A stretch of DNA of 50,401 nucleotides, taken from sequence record DRR723986_8153, one strand, 5' to 3'. Each line of letters begins with the position of its first letter. The first letter of the stretch is position 1. Position numbers and translations under genes: made by a program. The notes beneath the pieces are model-generated. The model made no database searches and was not told where the DNA came from. It was given only the letters and a program-made list of their open reading frames with translations. Shown here one piece after another: positions 27,974 through 41,507 of this stretch.

Positions 27974-28876
27974 ATGGCATTTATAGATTACTACAGCGTA
28001 CTAGGCATAGATAAAAATGCTACTCAAGCTGACATCAAAAAAGCTTATCGTAAACAGGCGCGAAAATACCACCCAGATGTCAATCCTGATGACAAAGAAG
28101 CTGAGCTAAAATTCAAGGAAGTCAATGAGGCGAACGAGGTTCTCAGTGACCCGGAGAAGCGTAAGAAATACGACAAATACGGCAAGGACTGGAAGCATGC
28201 AGATCAATTTGAACAGGCAGGTGCTGGCAGGCAGCAAAGGAGCCAAGGAAATCCTGGAGCTGGCTTTGGTGGGCAAAACTTCGGAGGAGCTGACTATTCG
28301 GACTTCTTTGAATCCATGTTTGGTGGATCTGGAGGAGGTTTTCGGCAAGGTGGCAGAAGTACTAAGTTCAAAGGTCAGGACTTCAATGCACGGCTGGAAC
28401 TAGACATTCACGATGCTTACAAAACGCACAAACAAGTGCTCAATGTCAATGGTGAAAATATCCGTCTTACTATAGCTGCGGGAATAGAAGATGGGCAAAC
28501 CATCAAGATCAAAGGCAAAGGATCACCAGGGATAAATGGTGGCCCCAACGGGGATTTATACATCAAATTTGTGATCAAAAATAACACGAAGTTCACTCGA
28601 GAAGGAGACAATTTGTATTCCACTGTTGAAGTGGATCTATACACCGCCATGTTAGGAGGTGATATTATAGCTGACACCTTTGATGGAAAAGTAAAACTCA
28701 AAGTAGCTCCGGAAACACAAAATGGCACAAAGGTGAGACTCAAAGGAAAAGGTTTTCCTGTCTATAAAAAAGAAGGCGAATTCGGAGATTTGATCCTTAC
28801 CTTCTCGATTAAAAACCCCACAAATCTCACAGCAGAAGAGAAAAAGTTATTCGAAGAACTCCAAAAACTACGATAA
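27974..28876 (+). CDS. cbpA: DnaJ-class chaperone CbpA (no Zn finger)
   Basis: J-domain with HPD, G/F-rich linker, DnaJ C-terminal domain; followed by cbpM. Confidence 0.9.
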   Translation: MAFIDYYSVLGIDKNATQADIKKAYRKQARKYHPDVNPDDKEAELKFKEVNEANEVLSDPEKRKKYDKYGKDWKHADQFEQAGAGRQQRSQGNPGAGFGGQNFGGADYSDFFESMFGGSGGGFRQGGRSTKFKGQDFNARLELDIHDAYKTHKQVLNVNGENIRLTIAAGIEDGQTIKIKGKGSPGINGGPNGDLYIKFVIKNNTKFTREGDNLYSTVEVDLYTAMLGGDIIADTFDGKVKLKVAPETQNGTKVRLKGKGFPVYKKEGEFGDLILTFSIKNPTNLTAEEKKLFEELQKLR

Positions 28877-28877
28877 G

Positions 28878-29180
28878 ATGGCACAGCAAGAAATGATATT
28901 GATTGAAACGCTTTGTACGCACTATGAGATCGAAGTTTCCTTTGTCGACACGCTTTCCAGTCTAGGTTTAATCGAAGTACACACATTGGAAGAAACACAG
29001 TTTATACCTGAGGACAAAGTAGGAGATTTAGAAAGAATGATTCGAATCCACCAAGATCTACAGGTAAACCCAGAAGGTATAGACGTGATTTTTAATTTAC
29101 TTCGGAAAGTAGATGAATTGAAAAGCGAATTAGCTGCCACAAAAAAAAGACTCAAGCGATACGAACTTGAAGACGAATAA
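28878..29180 (+). CDS. cbpM: Chaperone modulator CbpM (MerR-like HTH)
   Basis: RIHQDLQVNPEGIDVIFNLL motif; 1 nt after cbpA. Confidence 0.88.
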   Translation: MAQQEMILIETLCTHYEIEVSFVDTLSSLGLIEVHTLEETQFIPEDKVGDLERMIRIHQDLQVNPEGIDVIFNLLRKVDELKSELAATKKRLKRYELEDE

Positions 29181-29196
29181 TCCAATTGCACAACTT

Positions 29197-29655
29197 ATGA
29201 AGTATAGTTTCGACATCTGGAAAACGAATAGAAGCATCTACTTGAAATACCTGACTGAGTATTCACTTGCACAATTAAATCAAGTACCTGAAGGCTTCAG
29301 CAATAATCTGATCTGGAATATCGGCCATGTCATAGTCGTGCAACAAAGGCTTGTCTATGGCTTGTCTGATCTATCAATGCATGTTTCAGACACACTATTT
29401 CAAAAATATAAGCCAGGAACCAAGCCAGAAGCAAATGAACCGCAGGAAACTGTCGCGCTTTTCAAGGAGCTTCTTATGTCTTCAATAGATCAAACCATTT
29501 CTGATTTTAAGTTGGGAAAATTTGAGCGTTATAATGAACTTACTACTTCCAAAGGTTTTCATTTGGCAAATGCTTCAGAGGCCATCAATTACAACAATTA
29601 CCATGAAGGCATGCATTTGGGTACAATGATTGGCCTGGTTAAATTCCTTAAATAA
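29197..29655 (+). CDS. DinB/YfiT family protein
   Basis: NNLIWNIGH and HEGMHLG metal triad; ATG 29197 preferred over TTG 29167. Confidence 0.88.
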   Translation: MKYSFDIWKTNRSIYLKYLTEYSLAQLNQVPEGFSNNLIWNIGHVIVVQQRLVYGLSDLSMHVSDTLFQKYKPGTKPEANEPQETVALFKELLMSSIDQTISDFKLGKFERYNELTTSKGFHLANASEAINYNNYHEGMHLGTMIGLVKFLK

Positions 29656-29672
29656 CTTAAACCACCTCTACG

Positions 29673-30164
29673 ATGAATAGGATTACACTTTTCGCAGCAG
29701 TAATCTCTACCTCCTTTAGCCTGGGTTTTTTGTTAAATTCTTTTCTCGAATCCAAATCTCAAAATACAGCTACGAACATAAACTATACAGCTATGAAACT
29801 AGGAGCATTTTCTATTAGCCTAAGCGTTAAGAACCTTGAAGCCTCAAAAGCATTTTATGAAAACCTAGGCTTTACCCAGTTTGGTGGAGCAATGGATAGT
29901 AATTACCTGATCATGAAAAACGAAAGTACCTTGATAGGTTTATTTCAAGGTATGTTTGAAGAGAATATCTTGACTTTCAATCCAGGCTGGGATGAAAACG
30001 CAAAGGAAGTGGCAGATTTTCAGGATGTGAGAAAAATCCAGCAGCATCTTAAATCTACCGGCATAGAAATCATCAACCCAGCTGATGAGGACACAACAGG
30101 CCCAGCCAGCTTTGTGGTCAAAGATCCAGATGGAAATATGATCCTTTTTGATCAGCATCTATAA
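29673..30164 (+). CDS. VOC/glyoxalase family protein
   Basis: SLSVKNLEASKAFYENLGF and VKDPDGNMILFDQH motifs; alternative start ATG 29793. Confidence 0.85.
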   Translation: MNRITLFAAVISTSFSLGFLLNSFLESKSQNTATNINYTAMKLGAFSISLSVKNLEASKAFYENLGFTQFGGAMDSNYLIMKNESTLIGLFQGMFEENILTFNPGWDENAKEVADFQDVRKIQQHLKSTGIEIINPADEDTTGPASFVVKDPDGNMILFDQHL

Positions 30165-30214
30165 ATAGATTTTGTAAATCCTTATTTCAATTTTATATCA
30201 CACAACCTTACCAA

Positions 30215-30922
30215 ATGAATAAGTCAAGTGTCGCAGAAATCCGCGAAAGATTCGATAATGATGTAGAACGATTTTCAAACCTAGATACCGGTCAAGTAGC
30301 TACCATTGATGCTACGATTTCTCTGGAACTAATTACCGAAGCAGCCAAGCGGATCGTTCCTAAAGCAGAAAATGTTCTGGATGTGGGGTGCGGAGCGGGC
30401 AATTACACCTTGAAAATGCTTACCAAAGTCCCTAATCTTTCCTGCACATTAGTGGATTTAAGTGGTAAAATGCTTGAGAAAGCAGCGGAAAGGGTCTCGG
30501 CTGAAACGCAAAGTAAAGTATCTATATACCAAGGAGACATAAGAGATATAGTACTCCCTGAAGGCAGCTTCGATATCATTTTAGCTGGTGCTGTTTTGCA
30601 TCACTTGAGAGATGATGAAGACTGGGAAAAGACATTTGCTAAGCTCTTCTCACTTCTAAAACCTGGAGGATGCCTGATGATTTCCGATTTAATTACGCAG
30701 GACACTGACTTGCTCAATGAGTTCACATGGGAACGCTATGGGGATTACCTAGAAGAACAGGGTGGAAAAGAATATCGTCAAAAGGTATTGGATTATGTAG
30801 CGAAGGAAGATTCTCCCAGATCAATGAATTATCAGCTAGACCTAATGAAATCTGTAGGGTTCAGCAAAGTAGAAATCCTTCATAAAAATATGTGCTTCGG
30901 AGCATTTGGAGGGATTAAATGA
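30215..30922 (+). CDS. Class I SAM-dependent methyltransferase
   Basis: VLDVGCGAG, VDLS, FDII..AVLHHL and LKPGG motifs. Confidence 0.92.
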   Translation: MNKSSVAEIRERFDNDVERFSNLDTGQVATIDATISLELITEAAKRIVPKAENVLDVGCGAGNYTLKMLTKVPNLSCTLVDLSGKMLEKAAERVSAETQSKVSIYQGDIRDIVLPEGSFDIILAGAVLHHLRDDEDWEKTFAKLFSLLKPGGCLMISDLITQDTDLLNEFTWERYGDYLEEQGGKEYRQKVLDYVAKEDSPRSMNYQLDLMKSVGFSKVEILHKNMCFGAFGGIK

Positions 30923-31084
30923 AAAGCAGCTCAAAATATTCCAGAAGAGGATGCGAGGAACACTAACATCATTCTTGATTTCCTAGGGGAAATCGGTATT
31001 CCTACAAGACACCAACAGCTTGAGAGCACCTTCCTACCTAGAATAAAAATTGACAAAAGTGTCATATTATATGATCTGATGTGA
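30919..31084 (+). pseudogene. Frameshifted, truncated remnant of a conserved hypothetical gene
   Basis: ATG overlaps the methyltransferase TGA. Removing one A from ATGAAAAGCA gives MKAAQNIPEEDARNTNIILDFLGEIGIPTRHQQLESTFLPRIKIDKSVILYDLM*. Confidence 0.55.
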
Positions 31085-31247
31085 TCCAACTGAATTTCCA
31101 AAAATGAAAAAATGGGTTAGGGATTAATACTAATAAATAAACGAATACATCGAAAGTGCTTTTTATTCTTTCGTTCTCCATTAGTCAAGTTTAGGGCACT
31201 TTAAATTCCTGATTTTTCTATATTAGAAAACCGCTGACTTTAAACCC

Positions 31248-32360
31248 ATGCCAATGAGTGAACTAAAAATTCCTAGCCAAAACAGATTGGCTTCCCTTGA
31301 TTTATTTCGTGGTTTGACGATGTTTTTACTTATCGCGGAAGCAGCTTCAGTTTATCATACATTATTGGAGGCCAATCCAGAAGGCACTTTTCTACATCCC
31401 TTCTTTCTCCAGTTTACCCATCACCCTTGGAATGGACTTCGATTTTGGGATCTGATCCAACCTTTTTTCATGTTTATTGTAGGCGTTGCGATGCCATTTT
31501 CTTTGAATAAGAGAATGGCAGTCGGAAGCGACAGAGGAAAAGTGACGCGGCACATCCTGAAGCGATGCTTACTATTATTCCTTTTCGGTACAGGATTACA
31601 TTGTGTTTACTCAGGCAAACTAGTCTTTGAGCTGTGGAATGTTCTGACTCAATTATCCTTCACCATTTTGGTTACTTATTTCCTGCTCGATCGATCGTGG
31701 AAAATTCAATTAGGCGTTTCAATCGGGCTTCTTGCCTTGACAGAAATCATGTACAGACTATACAATCCTGAGATGCCTTATGAGCATGGAACTAACTTTG
31801 GGAATTATATGGATCACATCCTGATGGGCAAAATCAACAATGGGGGCTGGGTGGCGATTAATTGCATCCCCACTGCTGCGCATACGATATGGGGAGCTAT
31901 CTGCGGAAATCTGCTACTTTCTAAAAAATCAGAAAGTGATAAAATAAAGTTATTTGTATTAGCAGGAGTTATTGGTTTGGTCATAGGATATGGCTTGGAT
32001 TTCGTAGAGATCACCCCAATCATAAAACGAATCAGCACCTCATCTTTTGCATTTACGGCAGGTGGGTGGGCAATTCTGGCGTTAGCAATTTCCTATTGGA
32101 TAGTTGATGTTAAAAAGATAAACTCATGGGTTTTCCCTTTTGTAATCGTGGGGATGAATTCCATTTTCATTTACCTTTTCGCCGAGATTTTAGGGCATCG
32201 TTGGTTGTATGGATTTGTAGATATTTTTAGCGCCGGAGTACTGAATGCCATAGGAATGAGAGAAACTACCATCGCCATTATTACGAGTTTTCTGACCTTG
32301 GGGGTAATGTGGTACCTCTGCTATTTTCTCTATAAAAAGAAAATATTTTTTAGAATTTAG
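31248..32360 (+). CDS. Heparan-alpha-glucosaminide N-acetyltransferase-like (NagX-type) membrane acyltransferase
   Basis: RLASLDLFRG, HHPWNG, DLIQPFFMFIVG, PIIKRISTSSF and GMNSIFIY motifs. Confidence 0.88.
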   Translation: MPMSELKIPSQNRLASLDLFRGLTMFLLIAEAASVYHTLLEANPEGTFLHPFFLQFTHHPWNGLRFWDLIQPFFMFIVGVAMPFSLNKRMAVGSDRGKVTRHILKRCLLLFLFGTGLHCVYSGKLVFELWNVLTQLSFTILVTYFLLDRSWKIQLGVSIGLLALTEIMYRLYNPEMPYEHGTNFGNYMDHILMGKINNGGWVAINCIPTAAHTIWGAICGNLLLSKKSESDKIKLFVLAGVIGLVIGYGLDFVEITPIIKRISTSSFAFTAGGWAILALAISYWIVDVKKINSWVFPFVIVGMNSIFIYLFAEILGHRWLYGFVDIFSAGVLNAIGMRETTIAIITSFLTLGVMWYLCYFLYKKKIFFRI

Positions 32361-32376
32361 CGAGTTGGTAGGCAAT

Positions 32377-32406
32377 AAAAAAGGTGATCCTATTACGGAT
32401 CACCTT
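32377..32406. terminator. Intrinsic terminator between convergent genes
   Basis: AAAAAAGGTGATCC-TATTAC-GGATCACCTT; strong U-tract on the minus strand. Confidence 0.8.
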
Positions 32407-32426
32407 AGAACTTTAAAGTGTCCCAA

Positions 32427-32963
32427 CTACACTTTCAAAGTTCCTTCAATAGAATCATCCATTGTTTTTCCTGAAATGGCGCTGATCAATACTTTGATTC
32501 CTGCGACGGTATTTCCATGCTTGTTGTCCCAATAGTACCCGCTATTTGGGATAAATTGAATCACCGAGATTCTTGGATCATCTTTTCCTTCTGTAAACCA
32601 AGCCTTGACAGTTGGATCCCAAAGCTCTTCAATTTTTGCTTTGTCATCGGTAATATAGGCATGACCATTTAGCTCCAGAAAGTCTGAATAGGATGAACCC
32701 TGAAAGTAGAGAGTAACATCAGTATCTGCTGCGATCTCCATATTTTTCATGCTATCCTTAGCACTTAGAAACCAAATATTGCCAGCTTCGTCAGTCTTTT
32801 GGACAGACATGGGACGTGACTTGTGTGAGTTATTGAGGCTAGTAGAAGTCACAAAAAAGCAGGACCCTGATTTATCAATCAATTCTCGGATTTTCTCCAC
32901 GGCTTCCTTTCCTGCGAGATTTTCTCTAGTGTGTTCTTCTTGGTTTTTATCAATCGAGTTCAT
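32427..32963 (-). CDS. Pyridoxamine 5'-phosphate oxidase-like / general stress protein 26 (FMN-binding)
   Basis: SRPMS, IWFLS, AWFTEGKDDPRI and YYWD motifs. Confidence 0.88.
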   Translation of the reverse strand: MNSIDKNQEEHTRENLAGKEAVEKIRELIDKSGSCFFVTSTSLNNSHKSRPMSVQKTDEAGNIWFLSAKDSMKNMEIAADTDVTLYFQGSSYSDFLELNGHAYITDDKAKIEELWDPTVKAWFTEGKDDPRISVIQFIPNSGYYWDNKHGNTVAGIKVLISAISGKTMDDSIEGTLKV

Positions 32964-33201
32964 GGTATAGTTGGTTTAGTCTATCAATTTCTACCCCTGA
33001 AGGGTTTGATAAGAATAACGCAAACCCTTTGCCCAAGAAGGTTTCACAAAACTAAATACACCAAAAGCCTAAACAAAAACGGCCTTAAGGCTCGCAAGAG
33101 CTCGATTTAAGAATACTGAAATATTTTCTCGATAAAAGCACTGCGCAGATTTATCCTGCAATAATACCTCAATGAGGGAAATTCATTCCTAGGCTTGCCT
33201 C

Positions 33202-34077
33202 TCACCCGAAAAGATCAGAGCTGAGATAACGATCCCCACGGTCACAAGTGATGCAAACGATTATTCCTTCTTTCAAAGTTTTAGAAAGCTCAATAGCGGC
33301 ATGTAATGCTCCTCCACTACTCATTCCTGCAAGGATACCTTCTTCTTTCGCCATTCTGCGGGTCATTTCAGTGGCCTGATCCTGACTCACATCTATTACT
33401 TGATCTACTCGGCTTGGGTCAAAAATTTTAGGTAAAAATTCGGGAGACCATCTTCTAATACCAGGAATGCTAGAACCATCCGTAGGCTGAGTTCCTACGA
33501 TCTGAATATCCGGATTTCTTTCCTTCAAATACTTGGAAACTCCCATGATCGTACCCGTTGTTCCCATCGCAGACACAAAGTGTGTGACTTCACCATCAGT
33601 ATCTTCCCAGATTTCAGGACCTGTGGTCTTATAATGCGCCAGGTAATTATCAGGATTCCCAAATTGATCAAGCATGAAATACCCTTCCTTGCTCATCTGC
33701 TCCGCAAGAGTCCTAGAATACTCAATGGTTTTTGCAGCCGGAGTAAGGATCACCGTCGCACCATAGGCTTCCATAGAGAGCACACGCTCTCTGGTAGAAT
33801 TATCCGGCATGATCAAGGTCATATCCAATCCCAAGACTTTCGCTACCATCGCTAAAGCAATCCCAGTGTTACCACTAGTTGCCTCTACTAACTTATCCCC
33901 TCTCTTGATTTCACCCCGATCCATGGCACTTCGGAGCATATTATACGCAGCCCTATCCTTTACACTACCACCGGGATTCTGCCCTTCCAGTTTACAAAAA
34001 ATCTTAACCTTAGGATTTACTGGAATATGGTCCAGTTGTATCAGTGGCGTATTCCCTATTAGTTCAAATAACCTCAT
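33202..34077 (-). CDS. cysM: Cysteine synthase B
   Basis: [14 protein letters not shown] (PLP lysine), [14 protein letters not shown] and IPGIRRW motifs; start at ATG 34077. Confidence 0.93.
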   Translation of the reverse strand: MRLFELIGNTPLIQLDHIPVNPKVKIFCKLEGQNPGGSVKDRAAYNMLRSAMDRGEIKRGDKLVEATSGNTGIALAMVAKVLGLDMTLIMPDNSTRERVLSMEAYGATVILTPAAKTIEYSRTLAEQMSKEGYFMLDQFGNPDNYLAHYKTTGPEIWEDTDGEVTHFVSAMGTTGTIMGVSKYLKERNPDIQIVGTQPTDGSSIPGIRRWSPEFLPKIFDPSRVDQVIDVSQDQATEMTRRMAKEEGILAGMSSGGALHAAIELSKTLKEGIIVCITCDRGDRYLSSDLFG

Positions 34078-34909
34078 CTTGATCGTTTTTGAAAACATAC
34101 ATATCTGTCACCGCAGTATCCGCATGATACATTTGTGTCTGATAATACACTTTGCTTTTTGGGGCTACACTTTTGGTCAACCAAACATTCCCTCCAATTA
34201 CGCTACCTTTTCCAATGACCGTATTACCACCCAAAATAGTTGCCCCTGAGTATATTACGACATCATCCTCTATCGTAGGATGTCGCTTATTATCCGCATC
34301 AGCTTTATCTACACTTAATGCGCCCAGAGTTACGCCTTGGTAAATCTTTACGTGATCACCTATGATGGTCGTCTCACCAATCACCACTCCGGTGCCGTGA
34401 TCTATGCAGAAATACTTGCCGATCGTAGCTCCAGGATGAATATCTATTCCTGTTCGGCTATGCGCAAATTCCGTAATCATTCTTGGAATTAGATTAACAC
34501 CTAACCCTAATAGTGAATGGGCAATTCTATAAGCTGCAATGGCATAAAAACCAGGATAACTTCTTAAAATTTCTGTTCTGGATTTGGCTGCTGGATCGCC
34601 AGCAAACATGGCATCCACATCCTGATTAATCCAATCAAAAATCTGTTCTAGATTACCAAAAAAGTCTTCAGCGATCTTTAATCCTTTCCCTTTATGTAAC
34701 TGTGGATTTCTTTCCAAGATAAAGGTAAGATCGTTCTGAAGGATAATTAAAGCAGCTTCTATTTGTGACTTATCTTGAATCTTTCCTACTGTATATTCTG
34801 GAAAAAGAAGCCCAAGCATGTCTTCGAAAAACTTCTGAATCACCTTTGGTGAGGGACATTCAGTACAATCCTGATGAGCTTTGTATAGTTTTGAAATGAA
34901 AGATTCCAT
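34064..34909 (-). CDS. cysE: Serine O-acetyltransferase
   Basis: [25 protein letters not shown] and KRHPTI hexapeptide region. Confidence 0.93.
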   Translation of the reverse strand: MESFISKLYKAHQDCTECPSPKVIQKFFEDMLGLLFPEYTVGKIQDKSQIEAALIILQNDLTFILERNPQLHKGKGLKIAEDFFGNLEQIFDWINQDVDAMFAGDPAAKSRTEILRSYPGFYAIAAYRIAHSLLGLGVNLIPRMITEFAHSRTGIDIHPGATIGKYFCIDHGTGVVIGETTIIGDHVKIYQGVTLGALSVDKADADNKRHPTIEDDVVIYSGATILGGNTVIGKGSVIGGNVWLTKSVAPKSKVYYQTQMYHADTAVTDMYVFKNDQDEVI

Positions 34910-34929
34910 TAAAAATGTGTTAGGTATAT

Positions 34930-35481
34930 CTACAGCACAAAACCAACACGGATCACGTATGGTTCACCATAGGGCGAACGAAGATTGTCGTGCAACACAT
35001 TGTAGAGGAATGTGAAATTGGCGCCACCCCTGCTTCCAAAAGGCGCAAAATAGCCTCCACCCAAAAAGAGTGCATTTGACCAAATCCGTTCAAACCTGTC
35101 TGTCAATAGATTATAGTTATCAAAATTTATGGATTCATATTCGGCATGAGCAAAAACATTTGGGAAAATATTATATCTACTAAAAAGCCTCCCTCCATAA
35201 GAAGACGTCTCACCACCTATATAGCGTCTGTCATTGAAATACTGGTAAGTAATTCCAACACCCGATGAGAACTTCGGGGTGATCATCACACCAACCAAAG
35301 GGGAAAAATCAATTAAAGTAACCGTGCCAAATTGCATCCCGAAATTCCCTCCATAATATAATCGCTCTTTAAATGGTATGGAATCACCTTCATAAATCTC
35401 ACGCTGTGCAAAAGAGTAAGTTTGAAATAGTCCAAAGGCAATAAAAAAAAGGAGTAGAGATTTACTTTTTAACGATGACAT
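34930..35481 (-). CDS. Exported hypothetical protein, probable small OM beta-barrel
   Basis: Signal peptide (SFA-Q), alternating aromatic strands, C-terminal IRVGFVL. Confidence 0.75.
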   Translation of the reverse strand: MSSLKSKSLLLFFIAFGLFQTYSFAQREIYEGDSIPFKERLYYGGNFGMQFGTVTLIDFSPLVGVMITPKFSSGVGITYQYFNDRRYIGGETSSYGGRLFSRYNIFPNVFAHAEYESINFDNYNLLTDRFERIWSNALFLGGGYFAPFGSRGGANFTFLYNVLHDNLRSPYGEPYVIRVGFVL

Positions 35482-35749
35482 AGAGGTCTTCAGAATTTTT
35501 CTTCATTAAGTACTTTTCACGGGCAAACTTCTCTAAGAGTTCAGGATTACTCATCAATTCCTCTCGTTCTGCTTTAATTTTCTCTCTTCTCTCAAGATAA
35601 AACTCCTTTTGGTCTTCGAGTTGACCTAGCTTACTGCTCAATTTCACTTGATTCACTACATTGTTTGAGTCAATAAAAATCATCCATGCAGCAAAAAAAA
35701 CAAGGCCTAGAAAATAAAAGCTTTTGGTGTACTTAAGATATTTGCTCAT
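35462..35749 (-). CDS. ftsB: Septum formation initiator FtsB/DivIC
   Basis: TM helix, coiled coil and LEKFAREKYLMKK motif; follows eno. Confidence 0.85.
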   Translation of the reverse strand: MSKYLKYTKSFYFLGLVFFAAWMIFIDSNNVVNQVKLSSKLGQLEDQKEFYLERREKIKAEREELMSNPELLEKFAREKYLMKKNSEDLYVIVKK

Positions 35750-35791
35750 AGGAAAGGAGTGGTATTAGAATTCAAGGTACAAAAATGATGC

Positions 35792-35824
35792 AAAAAAAAG
35801 ATAGCCCACCGAAGTGAGCTATCT
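35792..35824 (-). terminator. eno terminator
   Basis: AGATAGCTCAC-TTCG-GTGGGCTATCT followed by a T-run on the minus strand. Confidence 0.88.
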
Positions 35825-35852
35825 CAAAAATCACTTGTATGTTATGATCCTC

Positions 35853-38253
<2,401 letters not shown>

Positions 38254-38270
38254 TTTGCTAAATAATTGCC

Positions 38271-38278
38271 CAAAGTTA
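38271..38278 (-). promoter_or_regulatory. -7 promoter element for carA-eno
   Basis: TAACTTTG 17 nt upstream of the carA ATG. Confidence 0.7.
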
Positions 38279-38315
38279 AATATTTATTGGGAAGGAAGAG
38301 AAATGAAAAGGGTAT

Positions 38316-38347
38316 AAAAAAAGGATTGAACAAATGTTCAATCCTTT
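38316..38347 (-). terminator. Terminator of the alpha operon
   Basis: AAAGGATTGAAC-ATTT-GTTCAATCCTTTTTTT after rplQ. Confidence 0.88.
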
Positions 38348-38372
38348 CAATATCGTGAATCCACTGATCAAC

Positions 38373-38930
38373 TTATTTGTTATCAGTTTCTTCTTCAGCA
38401 GAATCAGCAGAAGCTTCAGGTGCCTTAGGCTCCTCAACATCCTTTGCAGGAGTTTCTTCTACAGCTGGTGCAGCAGATGCTTTTGTTTCCTCAGCGGCAG
38501 TAGACTTCCCAGAACCTCTACGAGATCTTCTAGTAGTTTTCTTAGCAGGCTGAGCATCTTTCAACATTAATTCGTTGAAATCCACTAATTCGATGATACA
38601 CATTTCTGCATTATCACCCAATCTGAAACCAGTTTTAATAATTCTGGTGTATCCACCTGGACGAGTAGCTACTTTAGAGATTACTTCACCAAATAATTCG
38701 ATGATAGCTTCCTTATTTTTTAAATAAGCGAAAGCCATACGTCTATTGTGTGTAGTATCTTCTTTAGCTCTTGTTACCAGTGGCTCCAAGTACTTCTTCA
38801 ATTCTTTTGCCTTGGCAAGCGTGGTTGAGATACGCTTGTGAAGAATCAGCGAAGTTGCCATATTAGAAAGCATTGCTTTTCTATGAGCAGCCTTCCTTCC
38901 AAGGTGGTTAAATTTCTTACCGTGTCTCAT
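38373..38930 (-). CDS. rplQ: 50S ribosomal protein L17 with long low-complexity C-terminal tail
   Basis: [12 protein letters not shown] and RPGGYTRI motifs. Confidence 0.98.
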   Translation of the reverse strand: MRHGKKFNHLGRKAAHRKAMLSNMATSLILHKRISTTLAKAKELKKYLEPLVTRAKEDTTHNRRMAFAYLKNKEAIIELFGEVISKVATRPGGYTRIIKTGFRLGDNAEMCIIELVDFNELMLKDAQPAKKTTRRSRRGSGKSTAAEETKASAAPAVEETPAKDVEEPKAPEASADSAEEETDNK

Positions 38931-38936
38931 TATTAT

Positions 38937-39926
38937 TTATTCTTCATCAAGTTTATACTTAGAAATATCCATTCCGAAGGTTAGGCTCTTTTCTTGGATA
39001 AGTTGCTCTAGTTCCGCTAAGGATTTCTTACCAAAGTTTCTAAATTTCATCATATCAGAAATTTCTAGTTTGGCAAGATCACCCAAAGTCTTCACGTCAG
39101 CAGCTTTAAGACAGTTGAATGCTCGAACAGAAAGGTCAAGGTCACCCAAAGAAGTCTTAAGAAGCTTTCTCATGTGCAAGAATTCTTCGTCAATTGGCTC
39201 CGGCTCCGCGATACCTGTTGAATCAAGAACCATAGTCTGGTCTGAGAACAACATGAAATGTTGGATAAGGATTTTTGCAGATTCCTGAAGTGCTTTTTCC
39301 GGGTGGATAGAGCCATCAGTAGAAACTTCCATGATCAATTTTTCGAAGTCAGTCTTCTGTTCTACTCGTGTATTCTCAACACTATATTTCACATTCTTAA
39401 TAGGTGTGAAAACAGCATCGATAGCGATAGTACCGAAGATTTGCTCTTTTGGTTTGGATTCTTCAGCTGGTAGATAGCCTCTTCCTTTTTCCATCGTCAA
39501 TTCGATCTCAAAGTTTTTGGTCTCGTCGATGTGACAAATCACCAACTCTGGATTTAGGATTTCGAAAGAAGAAGTAAACTTAGCAATGTCACCTGCAGTG
39601 AAGACAGACTGATTTTTAATCTCTACAGTGATTTTTCCGTCAAATGCTTCGTGCACTTTCTTGAATCTCACTTGCTTAAGGTTCAAAATAATATCTGTAA
39701 CGTCTTCAACTACACCTTCGATGGTCGAAAACTCATGCACTACACCAGGGATCTTAATCGCAGTGATGGCATAACCTTCCAAGGAAGAAAGCAAAATTCT
39801 TCTCAGGGCGTTACCAATTGTAACTCCATAGCCTTTTTCGAGTGGTTTGAAAGTGAATAAGCCATGAAAATCATCGGCTTTTTCCATCACCACTTTCTCG
39901 GGCATTTGAAATGCTAGTATGGACAT
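38937..39926 (-). CDS. rpoA: RNA polymerase alpha subunit
   Basis: [21 protein letters not shown]; alpha-[13 protein letters not shown]...FRNFGKKS. Confidence 0.99.
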   Translation of the reverse strand: MSILAFQMPEKVVMEKADDFHGLFTFKPLEKGYGVTIGNALRRILLSSLEGYAITAIKIPGVVHEFSTIEGVVEDVTDIILNLKQVRFKKVHEAFDGKITVEIKNQSVFTAGDIAKFTSSFEILNPELVICHIDETKNFEIELTMEKGRGYLPAEESKPKEQIFGTIAIDAVFTPIKNVKYSVENTRVEQKTDFEKLIMEVSTDGSIHPEKALQESAKILIQHFMLFSDQTMVLDSTGIAEPEPIDEEFLHMRKLLKTSLGDLDLSVRAFNCLKAADVKTLGDLAKLEISDMMKFRNFGKKSLAELEQLIQEKSLTFGMDISKYKLDEE

Positions 39927-39965
39927 ATATCTCGTTCTTTTTTAAAAGCTGAAAATATTAAAATA

Positions 39966-40571
39966 TTACTTAGAGTAAAGTTCGACAATGAGTTGCTCCT
40001 TGATATTCTCTGGAATATCATCTCTGCCTGGAACACTGACGAATTTGCCGGTCAATGATGTGCCATCCCACTCTAACCAGGAATATTTATTAGCACCTCT
40101 ACCTGCTAAGCTATTAGTGATTGCTTCTAGAGACTTAGATCTTTCTCTTACAGAAACTACATCACCTGGCTTAAGTGTAAACGAAGGAATGTTAACTACC
40201 TCACCGTTTACAAGCACATGCTTGTGAGAAACTAGTTGTCTAGCACCTCTTCTGGTAGGGGAGATTCCCATTCTGTATACCGTGTTGTCCAATCTAGCTT
40301 CTAGAAGCTGAAGAAGGTTCTCTCCGGTGATTCCAGATTTTCTGGAAGCAATATCAAACATCTTAGCGAATTGTCTCTCCAATACTCCGTAGATGTATTT
40401 TGCTTTTTGCTTCTCAGCAAGCTGGATTGCGTATTCAGACTGCTTTTTTCTTCTACCTCTTCCGTGCATGCCAGGAGGGTAGTTTTTCTTTGCAAGTGCT
40501 TTGCTATGTCCTTCTATAGCTTCGCCGAATTTTCTGGCAATCTTTGCTTTAGGACCTGTATATCTAGCCAT
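39966..40571 (-). CDS. rpsD: 30S ribosomal protein S4
   Basis: MARYTGP...[10 protein letters not shown]. Confidence 0.99.
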   Translation of the reverse strand: MARYTGPKAKIARKFGEAIEGHSKALAKKNYPPGMHGRGRRKKQSEYAIQLAEKQKAKYIYGVLERQFAKMFDIASRKSGITGENLLQLLEARLDNTVYRMGISPTRRGARQLVSHKHVLVNGEVVNIPSFTLKPGDVVSVRERSKSLEAITNSLAGRGANKYSWLEWDGTSLTGKFVSVPGRDDIPENIKEQLIVELYSK

Positions 40572-40589
40572 TGTATTACAATTTTATGA

Positions 40590-40988
40590 TTAAACTCTTC
40601 TACGCTTAGGTGGACGACAACCGTTGTGCGGCATTGGAGTCACATCGATGATCGTAGTCACATCCAATCCTACATTTTGCAATGTTCTAATCGCTGATTC
40701 ACGACCAGATCCCGGACCTTTTACAAATACTTCGATTTTTCTCAAACCTAAGTCATATGCTACTTGTCCACAGTTTTGCGCTGCCATCTGTGCTGCGTAA
40801 GGAGTGTTTTTCTTTGAACCTCTGAAACCCATTTTACCGGCAGAAGCCCAAGATATTACTTGACCTGCATTGTTGGTAAGAGAGATAATGATGTTGTTGA
40901 AGGATGCTCTAATGTGAGCTTGTCCTACAGCCTCAACCTTTACTACTCTTTTTTTACCTTTTGCTTTATCGTTTCTTTTCTGAGCCAT
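40590..40988 (-). CDS. rpsK: 30S ribosomal protein S11
   Basis: ASFNNII...[13 protein letters not shown]. Confidence 0.99.
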   Translation of the reverse strand: MAQKRNDKAKGKKRVVKVEAVGQAHIRASFNNIIISLTNNAGQVISWASAGKMGFRGSKKNTPYAAQMAAQNCGQVAYDLGLRKIEVFVKGPGSGRESAIRTLQNVGLDVTTIIDVTPMPHNGCRPPKRRRV

Positions 40989-41002
40989 AATCTAATCAGG
41001 TT

Positions 41003-41380
41003 TTATTTAGTCGCTTTTTTCTTGTTAGCAACTGTCTTTCTCTTACCCTTCCTTGTTCTGGCGTTGTTCTTGGTATGTTGACCACGAACTGGAAGTCCTT
41101 TTCTGTGTCTCAAACCTCTATAGCAACCAATATCTTGTAGTCGCTTGATGTTCAATTGGATCTCTGACTTTAATACACCTTCGGTTCTGAACTCTTCAGC
41201 GATAATGTTACGGATAGCTGTTGACTCATCGTCATCCCACTCACCTGCTTTTTTATCGAAAGAGATACCGGCCTTGGTCAGGATAGCTTTGGCTGCAGAT
41301 CTACCTATTCCGAAGATATAGGTAAGTCCGATTACACCACGCTTATTGTCTGGTATGTCTACACCTGCAATTCTAGCCAT
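41003..41380 (-). CDS. rpsM: 30S ribosomal protein S13
   Basis: [10 protein letters not shown]...[18 protein letters not shown]. Confidence 0.99.
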   Translation of the reverse strand: MARIAGVDIPDNKRGVIGLTYIFGIGRSAAKAILTKAGISFDKKAGEWDDDESTAIRNIIAEEFRTEGVLKSEIQLNIKRLQDIGCYRGLRHRKGLPVRGQHTKNNARTRKGKRKTVANKKKATK

Positions 41381-41383
41381 AAT

Positions 41384-41500
41384 TTAACCTTGTCTTTGTT
41401 TAAACTTAGGATTCTTCTTATTGATGACATACAAAACCCCTTTTCTACGGATTAGCTTGCAGTCAGCACTTCTTTTTTTGATGGATGTTTTTACTTTCAT
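41384..41500 (-). CDS. rpmJ: 50S ribosomal protein L36, zinc-free (type B); not in ORF track
   Basis: Manual translation [38 protein letters not shown]. Confidence 0.97.
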   Translation of the reverse strand: MKVKTSIKKRSADCKLIRRKGVLYVINKKNPKFKQRQG

Positions 41501-41507
41501 CTCAGTC

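Noticed and set aside
33000-33046. Inverted repeat AAGGGTTTG/CAAACCCTT and a GAAAC...CGTT ECF-like promoter upstream of the general stress gene
   Set aside because: The spacer is 20 nt rather than the usual 16-17, and there is only one instance; insufficient support.
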